Shown here: piece by piece, positions 1 to 8,404 of the stretch
Numbering within the stretch: position 1 is the first letter of the stretch
Layout of the letters: each line of letters opens with the position of its first letter
Assembly: GCA_963842395.1 (NCBI GenBank)
Contig: CAWJGJ010000002.1
Coordinates: 114,978-178,977 of the forward strand
Source of the DNA: an uncultured Acidimicrobiales bacterium
GTDB lineage: Bacteria; Actinomycetota; Acidimicrobiia; Acidimicrobiales; VFJN01
Direction of reading: 5' to 3'
DNA length: 64,000 bases
Notes under the pieces: model-generated
Told to the model about the DNA's origin: nothing
The model's database searches: none
Seen by the model: the letters and a program-made list of their open reading frames with translations, nothing else
Program-made: the position numbers and the translations under genes

Positions 1-378
1 TTGCCGCAGCTCGACGCCGCCCGGTTCGGTCTCGGCGAGCCCGACCGCATGGCCCTGCCGCCGGAGGGCGGCGTGCTGCTCGCCTGGAACCATGGCGCGA
101 CGACCCTGTGGGTGCGCACGACGGCGGATCCGGCGGACACGCGCATGCGCAAGCTGTTGGACGATTCCGCCGCGGTCCGGCCGGTGGTCGACCTGGGCGA
201 GGGCGCGGTGTCCGTCACCGGCGACCACGTGCTGGCCACGCCCCACCGCCGGGTCGCCGCGGGCAGCGTGGTCCTATGGATCGACGAGGGCATCGAGTTC
301 CGGCTGGAGTCGGACCTCGGCGTGGCGGCGACGGAGGCGATCGCCCGCCGCGTGGACCCGATGCCCACCCCGCGCTAG
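1..378 (+). CDS. Hypothetical protein, C-terminal fragment (5' end outside window)
   Basis: Frame open from base 1 to TAG at 376-378. Non-repetitive, protein-like composition. No motif I can name with confidence. Confidence 0.4.
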   Translation: MPQLDAARFGLGEPDRMALPPEGGVLLAWNHGATTLWVRTTADPADTRMRKLLDDSAAVRPVVDLGEGAVSVTGDHVLATPHRRVAAGSVVLWIDEGIEFRLESDLGVAATEAIARRVDPMPTPR

Positions 379-562
379 CGGTGTCACGCGGGGCCCGGCT
401 GTCTCGACGCTCAACTGGTCTCCCGCAACGCCGCCGGAACAGCTCGGACGGTTCAGCGGCTGCCGATTCCTTGCTGGGGTGGCGGAGGTCTACATGGTCG
501 ACGGTGCGGCTCACCGAGGGGCCGGCCGCGATGAGGCAAGCCGAGGAAGAAGGTTGATCGCC

Positions 563-1555
563 GTGAGCATTCCCGCGACCATGCGCGCCCTGCAGCAGAC
601 CTCGTTGAAGGGTCCGCAGGACATGCGTCTGATCACCGACGCGCCGGTACCGAGCCCTGGCCGGGGCGAGGTCCTGATCCGGGTCGCCGCCGCCGGTGTC
701 AACTTCGCCGACATCTCGAGGGCCTACGGCACGTTCATGGGCGGCCCCCAGCCACCGTATCTGGCGGGTTTCGAGGCCGCCGGAGAGGTCGCGGCGGCGG
801 GCGAGGCGGTGACCGGTCCAGGATCGGGGACTCGCGTCGTCGGCGTCGGATACGGGGCTTTCACCGAGTACATGGTCCTGCCCGCAGCCGCGGCGGTGCC
901 GGTGCCGGCCGGCTGGACAGCCGAGCAGGCGCTGGGCCTGGTCGTGAACTGGCCCACCGCCCTTGCCGCACTCAAGCCCCTGGGCCACATCGCCACCGGG
1001 GAGACGGTGCTGGTCCACGCTGCGGCGGGCGCGACCGGCCAGGCTGCGGTGACGATGGCCAAGCACTACGGCGCGACGGTCATCGCCACCGCCTCGCCGA
1101 GCAAGCACGACACAGTGCTGGCACTCGGTGCCGACCACGTCGTCGACTCCCTCGATGGCGACCTCGCCGCCGAGGTGCTGTGGCTGACCGGTGGTGCCGG
1201 TGCCGATCTGGTGCTGGAGTCGGCGGGTGGTGCCACCTTCAATGCCAGCCTGGCCGCGGCCAAGCCGATCACCGGCCGGGTCATCGTCTACGGCCTGGCA
1301 GGCGGCGAGGTCGCGATCACCAACTGGGAGCTGGTGTACAAGCACCAGGTCCACATCATCGGCCTCAACATCGGCGTGCTGATCCAGGCCGCACCCCAGA
1401 TCTTCGGCGAGCTCATGGGTGAGCTGTCCGCCCTCATCGCCGCCGGCGTCCTTGGCCCCGCTCGCCCCACCGCTCACGACCTGGCCGACGGCCCAAAGGT
1501 CCTCGCGGAACTGGAAGCCAGGGCGACCGTGGGCAAACTGGCCCTACTGCCCTGA
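563..1555 (+). CDS. NADPH:quinone oxidoreductase / zinc-type alcohol dehydrogenase superfamily (MDR)
   Basis: C-terminal 2/3 of ORF 92..1555 reads as MDR: GEVLIRVAAAGVNFAD, VLVHAAAGATGQAAV (Rossmann GxxGxxG-like), ends GKLALLP. In-frame GTG at 563 preceded by GAGGAAGAAGG; alternative ATG at 581. Confidence 0.85.
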   Translation: MSIPATMRALQQTSLKGPQDMRLITDAPVPSPGRGEVLIRVAAAGVNFADISRAYGTFMGGPQPPYLAGFEAAGEVAAAGEAVTGPGSGTRVVGVGYGAFTEYMVLPAAAAVPVPAGWTAEQALGLVVNWPTALAALKPLGHIATGETVLVHAAAGATGQAAVTMAKHYGATVIATASPSKHDTVLALGADHVVDSLDGDLAAEVLWLTGGAGADLVLESAGGATFNASLAAAKPITGRVIVYGLAGGEVAITNWELVYKHQVHIIGLNIGVLIQAAPQIFGELMGELSALIAAGVLGPARPTAHDLADGPKVLAELEARATVGKLALLP

Positions 1556-1673
1556 CAACCCGGCCACGGCCCCGGATGCCAGCTGACCTGGGTTTCGATG
1601 ACAATCGCCTGTCGATGGACGACCGGGATGCCTTCGCGCATCCGGCCGACCGGGCGCGGCCTAGCCTCGCGGC

Positions 1674-2669
1674 ATGACCGCGCACGTGCGGGAGGCGGTG
1701 AACGAGGACCGGTTCGCCGCCGAGACCGAGCGGTTCCGCCGGGAGCTGTTGGCGCACTGCTACCGCATGGTCGGCTCGGCGCATGACGCGGAGGACCTGG
1801 TGCAGGAAACGTACCTTCGGGCCTGGCGTGCCTACGCTGGCTTCCAGGGCCGAGCGTCGATCCGGACCTGGCTCTACAAGATCGCCACCAACGTCTGCCT
1901 GACAGCCTTGGAGCCGCGCCGGCTCCGGGTGCTGCCATCGGGCCTGACAGGTCCATACGACGGACCCGATCGCCCGCCGAATCAGGCGGCGCCGGGCGAG
2001 GTCTCGTGGCTGGAACCCTTGCCGGACCGATGGATCGCCCCCGCCGCCGACGATCCGGCCGCGGCAGTGATCGCGCGCGAGTCGCTACGGCTGGCGCTCA
2101 TCGCGAGCCTGCAGCACCTGCCCGCCCGCCAGCGCGCGATCCTCATCCTGCGCGAGGTGCTGGCGTTCTCTGCCGTCGAAACTGCGGAGATCCTCGGCAC
2201 CACAACGGCAGCGGTGAAGAGCGCTCTGCAGCGCGCCCGCGCCCGGCTGGACGAACTGGAGCCAGAGCCCGAGGAACTGCTCGAACCGACCGACGAGCGG
2301 GCACGTGCGCTGCTCGACGGCTACATCGCAGCCTTCCAGCGCTCCGACGCTGAGCTGCTGGAACACGTGCTGCGGATGGACGCCACGCTGGAGGCGACGC
2401 CATTCCGCGACTGGCAGGCGGGCAGGGTGAAGTGCATCCACATGCTCGACACCTACGTGCTGGGCGCGCCGGGCGACTGGCAGATGACCGCCACCACAGC
2501 CAACGGCCAGCCCGCCGCCGCCGTGTACCACCGGGACGCGGACAACACCCTCCAGGCCCACGGCATCGTGGTGCTGGCCCCAACCGCCACCGGTGTCTCC
2601 CGCGTGGTCGAGTTCCACGATCCGGCGCTTGTCGCCACGTTCGGGTTCCCGGACGTGCTCGCAGACTGA
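1674..2669 (+). CDS. ECF sigma-70 family factor with long C-terminal SnoaL-like extension (SigG-like, about 330 aa type)
   Basis: Region 2 (HCYRMVGSAHDAEDLVQETYLRAW, IRTWLYKIATNVCL) and region 4 (LPARQRAILILREVLAFSAVETAEILGTTTAAVKSALQRAR), followed by about 130 extra residues. Confidence 0.9.
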   Translation: MTAHVREAVNEDRFAAETERFRRELLAHCYRMVGSAHDAEDLVQETYLRAWRAYAGFQGRASIRTWLYKIATNVCLTALEPRRLRVLPSGLTGPYDGPDRPPNQAAPGEVSWLEPLPDRWIAPAADDPAAAVIARESLRLALIASLQHLPARQRAILILREVLAFSAVETAEILGTTTAAVKSALQRARARLDELEPEPEELLEPTDERARALLDGYIAAFQRSDAELLEHVLRMDATLEATPFRDWQAGRVKCIHMLDTYVLGAPGDWQMTATTANGQPAAAVYHRDADNTLQAHGIVVLAPTATGVSRVVEFHDPALVATFGFPDVLAD

Positions 2670-2728
2670 TCCGAGCGGGCGTGCAGCAGGCACGCCCCCT
2701 GGCGTCCTCCCCGTACGATGCTGCTCCG

Positions 2729-3874
2729 ATGACGACCATCGACGGCAAGGTGGAGGCCGGCTGGGGCGGTGTGCGGGACGAGTTCGCCGCCAACTTCGAC
2801 GAGCGGGGCGACGTGGGCGCCGCGGTCTGCGTGTACGTGGACGGCCGCAGGGTGATCGATCTGTGGGGTGGCGTCGCCGATCCCGCCTCCGGCCGCCCGT
2901 GGGCCGAGGACACGATCGTCCCCGTGTTCTCGTCGACCAAGGGCGTCACCGCGGTCGGCGCCAACCTCGCCATCGAGCGGGGCCTGCTCGACCCCGACGC
3001 CACGGTGGCGTCGTACTGGCCGGAGTTCGCCGCCGGGGGCAAGGCGGCGATCACCGTGCGCCAGGTCCTCAGCCACCAGGCCGGGCTGCCCCTGGTCGAG
3101 GGTGACGTCACGCTGGAGGAGGCGCTGGCGTGGGAGCCGATGGTCGCGGCGCTGGCGTCGCAGGCACCGCTGTGGGAACCGGGGACGCAGCACGGCTACC
3201 ACATGCGCACCTACGGCTGGCTGGCCGGCGAGCTGCTGCGCCGCACCACCGGCCGGACGCCGGGCACGTTCCTGCGGGAGGAGGTCACCGCGCCGCTCGG
3301 CGTCGACTTCTGGGTCGGCCTACCCGACGCGGAGGAGCCCCGCGTCGCCATGCTGGTGCCGCCCGCCGACAGCCTCAAGGACGCCTTGGCACCGCTCGGC
3401 GACTCGCTGCTGTTGGCGCGCGTGTTCTCCAACCCCGGCGGCCACTTCGACTACGACGAGATGTGGAACACCCGCGAGCTGCACGCTTGCGAGCTGCCGT
3501 CGTCGAACGGGATCGGCGACGCCCGGGGCCTGGCGCGGCTGTACGCGTCCTGCATCGGCGACGGGGTCGACGGCCGTCGCACGCTGCAACCGGAAACCGT
3601 GGCGGCGGCGACCACGGAGCAGGTACGGGGGCCGGACGCGGTGATCAGGGTCGAGACGTGTTTCGGACTCGGGTTCATGCTCGGCGCCAGCTTCGGCGCC
3701 GCCAACCCGACGACCTGCTTCGGCCACGCGGGCGCCGGGGGCTCGCTGGCGTTCGCCGACCCGGCGTCGGGCCTGGCGTTCGGCTACGTGACCAACGACC
3801 TCCGCTTCGACCCCGCCGGCGACCCCCGCTCCGAGGCCCTCGTCCGCGCCGCCCGCACCGCGCTGGAGGGTTGA
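2729..3874 (+). CDS. Serine hydrolase, beta-lactamase/esterase (class C-like) family
   Basis: SxxK motif in VFSSTKGVTA plus LSHQAGLP. In-frame ATG at 2729. The upstream part of ORF 2432..3874 is Arg-rich noise. Confidence 0.9.
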   Translation: MTTIDGKVEAGWGGVRDEFAANFDERGDVGAAVCVYVDGRRVIDLWGGVADPASGRPWAEDTIVPVFSSTKGVTAVGANLAIERGLLDPDATVASYWPEFAAGGKAAITVRQVLSHQAGLPLVEGDVTLEEALAWEPMVAALASQAPLWEPGTQHGYHMRTYGWLAGELLRRTTGRTPGTFLREEVTAPLGVDFWVGLPDAEEPRVAMLVPPADSLKDALAPLGDSLLLARVFSNPGGHFDYDEMWNTRELHACELPSSNGIGDARGLARLYASCIGDGVDGRRTLQPETVAAATTEQVRGPDAVIRVETCFGLGFMLGASFGAANPTTCFGHAGAGGSLAFADPASGLAFGYVTNDLRFDPAGDPRSEALVRAARTALEG

Positions 3875-3893
3875 GCAGGCCGCCCCCCGCCCC

Positions 3894-5477
3894 CTACGGA
3901 ACCGGCTGCCAGCGGGGCCCGCCACCGATCGACTCGTCCGTCACCACGCAAGCGGACGCGGACCCGTCCGGTGCGGCGACGTAGAGGCTGCCCTTGCGCA
4001 GGAACGCGAGCCAGCGGCCGTCTGACGACATCTCGGGATACGCGTCGCTGGGGCCGTCGGTGAGCTGCCGCTCGTCCTCACCGTCGACGCCAACCGCGAA
4101 GATCGAGCCGTCGCGGACGAAGAGCACCTCCCGGCCGTCGGGTGTGAACGAGGGCGCGTACTCGTAGGCCGGGGTGCCGACCAGCGTCCGCAGGTCACCA
4201 CCGTCACTCCCGACCACGACGACGTCCTGGTTCCCGTCGCCGTCGGCGGTGACGAACACGACCGACTCGCCGTCCGGAGACCAGCGGGGGTCGGTGTCGA
4301 GCCCGGGCGTCGCCACCAGAGCGCGGGCACCCGATCCGCCCGGCCCGACGACCCAGATGTCGCTGTGGTCGCCGTCGCCGTGCTGGACGAACACGATCTG
4401 GCCGTCCGCTCCCCAGTCGGGGTGTGTCACGTCCCTCAACCCCGGGAGCGGCGTCGGCACGCCGCTGGTGGCGTCGACGAGCGCGAGCGTGCGGGGCTCG
4501 TCGACCGTGGTCGAGGCCGAGTAGACGATCTGGCGTCCGTCGGGCGACCACCCCGCACCACCGGTGAGGCCGAACGAGGTGACCACCGTTGCAACCTGGT
4601 GCGCACCGGAGACCAGCTCCACCCGGGTCGTGCCGCCACCCGGCGAAGAGCCGGTGACCAGGACCGGCCGCTCGAGCCGCAAGCCGGTGTCATCGCCCTC
4701 GCACGGCGGCCGGTACTCGCCCTCCTCGGAGACCGTCGCCGGGTTGTCCGCCAGGGTCGGCGGGGGCGCACCGACCGCGACCTGTTCGGCGGCGAAGGTC
4801 AGCTCGAACTCGATCGTCCCCTCCTCGGCGATGTTGAACCCGGCCCGGCTGTCGACGTCGATGCCGTAGTCGCCGCGCTGGATCCGGGTCGACCCGGCCG
4901 CCTGGATCGTCGGGCCGTTCCACCGGGCCCGGACGTCGAAGACGACGTCGTGGGTCTCGTCGCGCAGCGTCAGCTCCGCCGGCACGGCCAGCTCCACCAC
5001 GTCGTGCGGTCGGCCTGGGTCGAACGCCGCGATCTCGACCGGCTCCGCAAGGCGCAGCCGGCCGGTCGGGAACTCGTCGACGTCGAGGGCCTCGCCGCGG
5101 ACGAAGTCGTCCCGCCGCGAGGAGTTGCTCGTCAGAGACGCGAGGTCGACCGTCACGTCGAGCGCTGCCAGCGTCCCGGCCCGGAGGGTCGCCGTGCCGT
5201 CGACCCCACCGGTCCGCGCCACCGCGTCGCTGGGCGCGGCGATCGGCCCGAGCCGCTCCCGGACCCGGTAGCCGACGAAGTTCGTCGCTACGTCCGCCAC
5301 GACCCACGTGCCGTCGGCAGTGGCCGGACCGCCGCCGCCGCCTTCGGGCGGGTCACCCAGCGCGGCGGGCCCGGGTGCGTCGCGGTTGCCGAGAGCGACG
5401 AAGCCGTACACCCCCACCGGCACCGCGACCACGACGGCTCCGAGCCCCGCGAGCAGCAGGATCGTTCGGCGACGCAC
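3894..5477 (-). CDS. Membrane-anchored fusion protein: YceI-like domain + TolB-like (PD40/WD40-like) beta-propeller
   Basis: N-terminal TM/signal anchor (RRRTILLLAGLGAVVVAVPVGVYGF). YceI-like segment (LASLTSNSSRRDDFVRGEALDVDEFPTG ... IQRGDYGIDV). Then at least 5 PD40-type repeats (WSPDGRQIVYSA, HPDWGADGQIVFV, DPRWSPDGESVVFV, APSFTPDGREVLFV, YPEMSSDGRWLAFL). Confidence 0.8.
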   Translation of the reverse strand: MRRRTILLLAGLGAVVVAVPVGVYGFVALGNRDAPGPAALGDPPEGGGGGPATADGTWVVADVATNFVGYRVRERLGPIAAPSDAVARTGGVDGTATLRAGTLAALDVTVDLASLTSNSSRRDDFVRGEALDVDEFPTGRLRLAEPVEIAAFDPGRPHDVVELAVPAELTLRDETHDVVFDVRARWNGPTIQAAGSTRIQRGDYGIDVDSRAGFNIAEEGTIEFELTFAAEQVAVGAPPPTLADNPATVSEEGEYRPPCEGDDTGLRLERPVLVTGSSPGGGTTRVELVSGAHQVATVVTSFGLTGGAGWSPDGRQIVYSASTTVDEPRTLALVDATSGVPTPLPGLRDVTHPDWGADGQIVFVQHGDGDHSDIWVVGPGGSGARALVATPGLDTDPRWSPDGESVVFVTADGDGNQDVVVVGSDGGDLRTLVGTPAYEYAPSFTPDGREVLFVRDGSIFAVGVDGEDERQLTDGPSDAYPEMSSDGRWLAFLRKGSLYVAAPDGSASACVVTDESIGGGPRWQPVP

Positions 5478-5625
5478 GCCCCCTCCTACCCCGGGCCGAC
5501 ACTGCCGGTTCCCGCGAGACCACCCGCCGCGCCCACGCCCACAGATGCCGGCCCTGCCCCACGTGACCGACGCAGATTTCCACGCGGTATCGCCGGACGC
5601 GCAGCGATGGTGGGGCGCCCGGTGC

Positions 5626-6456
5626 TCAGGACGTGACCGGGTGCAGGAGCATCTCCTGCGCCATCGAGGCCACGATGAGACCCTGCCGGTTCCGGATCAC
5701 ACCGCGCAGCGTGCCGCGGCCGCCGGCGTTGACGAGGCTCTGCACGTCCTGGAGGTGCCAGTCGTCGGCGCGGGCGGGCCGGTGGAACCAGGCGCTGTGG
5801 TCGAGGCTGATCATGCCGGTGACGTCGCCCTCGAGGTGGAGGGGCCGGCCGCCCACGCCGGTCCAATCGGTGGCGTACCCGAGCAGGGCGGTGTGCAGGT
5901 GCGGCTCGTCGTCGAGCGGTCGGGGCAGGCGGAACCAGTGGCGGTGCGTCGCCTCACGGGTGCCGTCGGGTCGCATGGCGCTGGGCCCGACCCATCGCTC
6001 GTCCCACGGGCCGACCCCGTACTCAGGGAGGTCGGGCTCGGGGAGGTCCTCGGGCAGGGGCACGTCGTCGGGGATCCCCGACAGGTCGTAGACGTACCCG
6101 TCGGTGTCGGCGGTGAACGAGCAGGTCATCGTGATGACCGGTTTGCCGTCCTGCGATGCGGTGACGTGGTGCAGGTTGAACGCGCGTCCGGCCCTCACCA
6201 CATCGCTGCGGAACACGATCTCCTGCCCGCCCAGCACGGGCCGGAGGAAGTGGGCGTGTACCGAGTGGAGACGGCTTCCCACCGGGGCATCACCGCAGGC
6301 CGCACTGATCGTGATGGCGAGCCCGACGCCGCCGAACACGACCGGCCCGTACCAGTCGGGTGTCCGTCCCACCCACGTGTCTCCCCGCCGCTCGTGCCGC
6401 AGCAACGCGAGGAACTCGTCGATCGCCGCCTGCTGCTGGTCGACCCGGTCGGTCAC
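5626..6456 (-). CDS. Acyl-CoA thioesterase II (TesB-like, double hotdog)
   Basis: Typical TesB-like sequence (PDWYGPVVFGGVGLAITISAA, HSVHAHFLRPV, VRAGRAFNLHHVTASQDGKPV). GTG at 6456-6454 lies 1 nt after the TGA (6460-6458) of the upstream hydratase gene. Confidence 0.85.
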   Translation of the reverse strand: MTDRVDQQQAAIDEFLALLRHERRGDTWVGRTPDWYGPVVFGGVGLAITISAACGDAPVGSRLHSVHAHFLRPVLGGQEIVFRSDVVRAGRAFNLHHVTASQDGKPVITMTCSFTADTDGYVYDLSGIPDDVPLPEDLPEPDLPEYGVGPWDERWVGPSAMRPDGTREATHRHWFRLPRPLDDEPHLHTALLGYATDWTGVGGRPLHLEGDVTGMISLDHSAWFHRPARADDWHLQDVQSLVNAGGRGTLRGVIRNRQGLIVASMAQEMLLHPVTS

Positions 6457-6457
6457 C

Positions 6458-7258
6458 TCAACGCCCGCGGAACTCGGGCGCCCGCTTCTCGATGATCGCC
6501 TGCACCGCCTCCTGCCCGTCCTCGCTGTCGAGGCCGGCCAGCGCGCTGCGGATCTCATCGGTCATGCGGGCGTCGACGTCGCTGATCAACGGCGTTCTGG
6601 CGACGAGATGCTTCGTGCGCCGAACGGCGAGCGGTGCCTGGGCGGCGACCATTCCGCAGAACTCCAGGAGCCGCCGGTCGAGCTGATCGGCCGGAACCAC
6701 CTCCGACACGAGGCCGAGGCGGAGCGCCTCGTCGGCATCCACGAAGCGGGATTCGAGCAGGAAGCGCAGCGCGATCTCGTGACCGACGAGGGTCGGCAGC
6801 GACCATGTGAGTCCCCCGTCGGGCGACGTGCCCGCTCGCAGGTATCCCGGGTGCAGGCGGGCCGAGTCGGCCGCGATCCGGATGTCGGCGGCCATCGCCA
6901 GCGACAGACCCGCACCCACGGCCGCCCCGTTGATCCCGGCGACGACCGGCTTGTCGGTCTCGAACCGCAGCGCGAGCAGGAACCGTCCGACCCAGCTCTT
7001 CTCGTCGAGCATCTGCTCCTGGTCCGTCAGCCCGGTCTCGACCGGCGTGTCGTCACCACCACCCAGGTCGAGGCCGGAACAGAACGCGTCGCCGTTGCCG
7101 GTCAACGCGATGACCCGGACGTCGTCGTCCGCGTGGGCGTCTCCGACGGCCCGCACGATGCTCCAGCCGAGCGACGAGGTGAGCGCGTTCTTCCGCTGGG
7201 GACGGTCGAGCCTCAACACCCTCACGTGCCCGACGGTCTCGGCGGCCAGCTGCGACAT
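6458..7258 (-). CDS. Enoyl-CoA hydratase/isomerase (crotonase) family
   Basis: MSQLAAETVGHVRVLRLDRPQRKNAL ... VIALTGNGDAFCSGLDLGG ... KPVVAGINGAAVGAGLSLAMAADIRIA. ATG at 7258-7256. Confidence 0.85.
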   Translation of the reverse strand: MSQLAAETVGHVRVLRLDRPQRKNALTSSLGWSIVRAVGDAHADDDVRVIALTGNGDAFCSGLDLGGGDDTPVETGLTDQEQMLDEKSWVGRFLLALRFETDKPVVAGINGAAVGAGLSLAMAADIRIAADSARLHPGYLRAGTSPDGGLTWSLPTLVGHEIALRFLLESRFVDADEALRLGLVSEVVPADQLDRRLLEFCGMVAAQAPLAVRRTKHLVARTPLISDVDARMTDEIRSALAGLDSEDGQEAVQAIIEKRAPEFRGR

Positions 7259-7377
7259 CGCGCAAGGCTGCCATGCCCGACCGGCGCATGCCGTCTCCCC
7301 GAGAGCGGTGCGTGCAGCGTGTCGAACGCGCCGCACGCCATGCCGAGCCGTCGATCGTCGGCAGGCCATCGATCGGG

Positions 7378-7404
7378 TGTCACACCGACGGCCGGGCCGG
7401 TGTC
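7378..7404 (+). promoter_or_regulatory. ECF41-type promoter-like motif TGTCACA-N16-TGTC upstream of the SigJ-like gene
   Basis: TGTCACA at 7378-7384, 16-nt spacer, TGTC at 7401-7404, continuing TTCATGCCGAA. Nearly identical to the element at 46903-46929 on the minus strand. Resembles the ECF41 target promoter TGTCACA-N16-CGTC as I recall it. Confidence 0.5.
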
Positions 7405-7534
7405 TTCATGCCGAACGCCGATCGCTGGAGGTCGACATGCAGTCCAGCCCACGAGTCCCCGAGGCAGAGGATGGCGGCGTGCACGGGGCCCCGAGCGGCC
7501 GCCTGCCGAGCGGTCGCCACGTAGCCTCGCCGTC

Positions 7535-8404
7535 ATGAACGCCGACGCGTTCGCCCAGCACCGCCGCCTGCTGTTCACCGTCGCCTACGAGATGCTCGGC
7601 TCGGCGTCGGATGCCGAAGACGTCGTCCAGGAGACCTGGCTGCGGTGGGCGAAGGTCGACCAGTCGATCGTGCGCGACCCGCGCGCCTACCTGGTCCGCA
7701 TCGTCACCCGTCAGGCGCTCAACCGGCTCCGCACCCTCTCCCGGCGGCGGGAGGACTACGTCGGGGAGTGGCTGCCCGAGCCGCTCGTCACCAGCCCCGA
7801 CATCGGCGACGACATCGAGCTCGCCGAGAGCGTGTCGATCGCCATGCTGACCGTGCTCGAGACGCTGCGCCCCACCGAGCGGGCGGTGTTCGTGCTGCAC
7901 GAGGTGTTCGACACGCCGTACGACGAGATCGCCGAGGCGGTCGACAAGACGCCGGCAGCGGTGCGCCAGCTCGCGCACCGAGCCCGCGAGCACGTCGCCG
8001 CCCGCCGGCCACGGATGGATGTGAGCCGGGCCGAGCAGGAACAAGCCGTCGAGCGGTTCCTCGACGCTCTGCAGAGCGGTGACCTGCAGCGCCTGCTCGA
8101 CGTACTGGCGCCCGACGTCGTCCTCGTCTCCGACGGCGGGGGACTCGTGGCCGCGGCCCGGCGTCCGATCGAGGGGGCCGACCAGGTGGCACGCTTCCTG
8201 TCCAGGTTCCCCACCGCGGCGCCAGGCGCGCAGGTGCACACGGTGCTCCTGAACGGCGCACCCGCAGCCCGGATCGACCCGCTGGGCGCGGCGGACACCG
8301 CGGTCAGCCTCGTGGTCCAGGGTGGGCGCATCTCCCGGATCTACGCCGTGCGCAACCCCCACAAGCTGGCACGGCTCGACACGGAGACGCTGCTCACCCG
8401 CTAG
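7535..8404 (+). CDS. ECF sigma factor, ECF41/SigJ-like (fused SnoaL-like C-terminal domain)
   Basis: FAQHRRLLFTVAYEMLGSASDAEDVVQETWLRW (region 2), RAVFVLHEVFDTPYDEIAEAVDKTPAAVRQLAHRAR (region 4), about 110-aa C-terminal extension ending RIYAVRNPHKL. ATG at 7535. Confidence 0.9.
   Translation: MNADAFAQHRRLLFTVAYEMLGSASDAEDVVQETWLRWAKVDQSIVRDPRAYLVRIVTRQALNRLRTLSRRREDYVGEWLPEPLVTSPDIGDDIELAESVSIAMLTVLETLRPTERAVFVLHEVFDTPYDEIAEAVDKTPAAVRQLAHRAREHVAARRPRMDVSRAEQEQAVERFLDALQSGDLQRLLDVLAPDVVLVSDGGGLVAAARRPIEGADQVARFLSRFPTAAPGAQVHTVLLNGAPAARIDPLGAADTAVSLVVQGGRISRIYAVRNPHKLARLDTETLLTR

Noticed and set aside
215-1477. 420-aa minus-strand ORF antisense to the quinone oxidoreductase gene. Many similar long ORFs occur elsewhere (for example 2143-3111, 4365-5636, 8926-9942, 9615-11279, 12000-13586, 13892-15004, 15434-17446, 57858-59099, 59246-61138).
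   Set aside because: These are Arg/Gly/Pro-rich low-complexity translations, typical of stop-poor alternative frames in very GC-rich DNA. Each overlaps a gene with clear family motifs on the other strand or frame.
6104-7534. Upstream 477 codons of ORF 6104..8404, preceding the SigJ-like gene.
   Set aside because: This stretch is antisense to the thioesterase and hydratase genes and has no protein-like composition. The sigma factor starts at ATG 7535.
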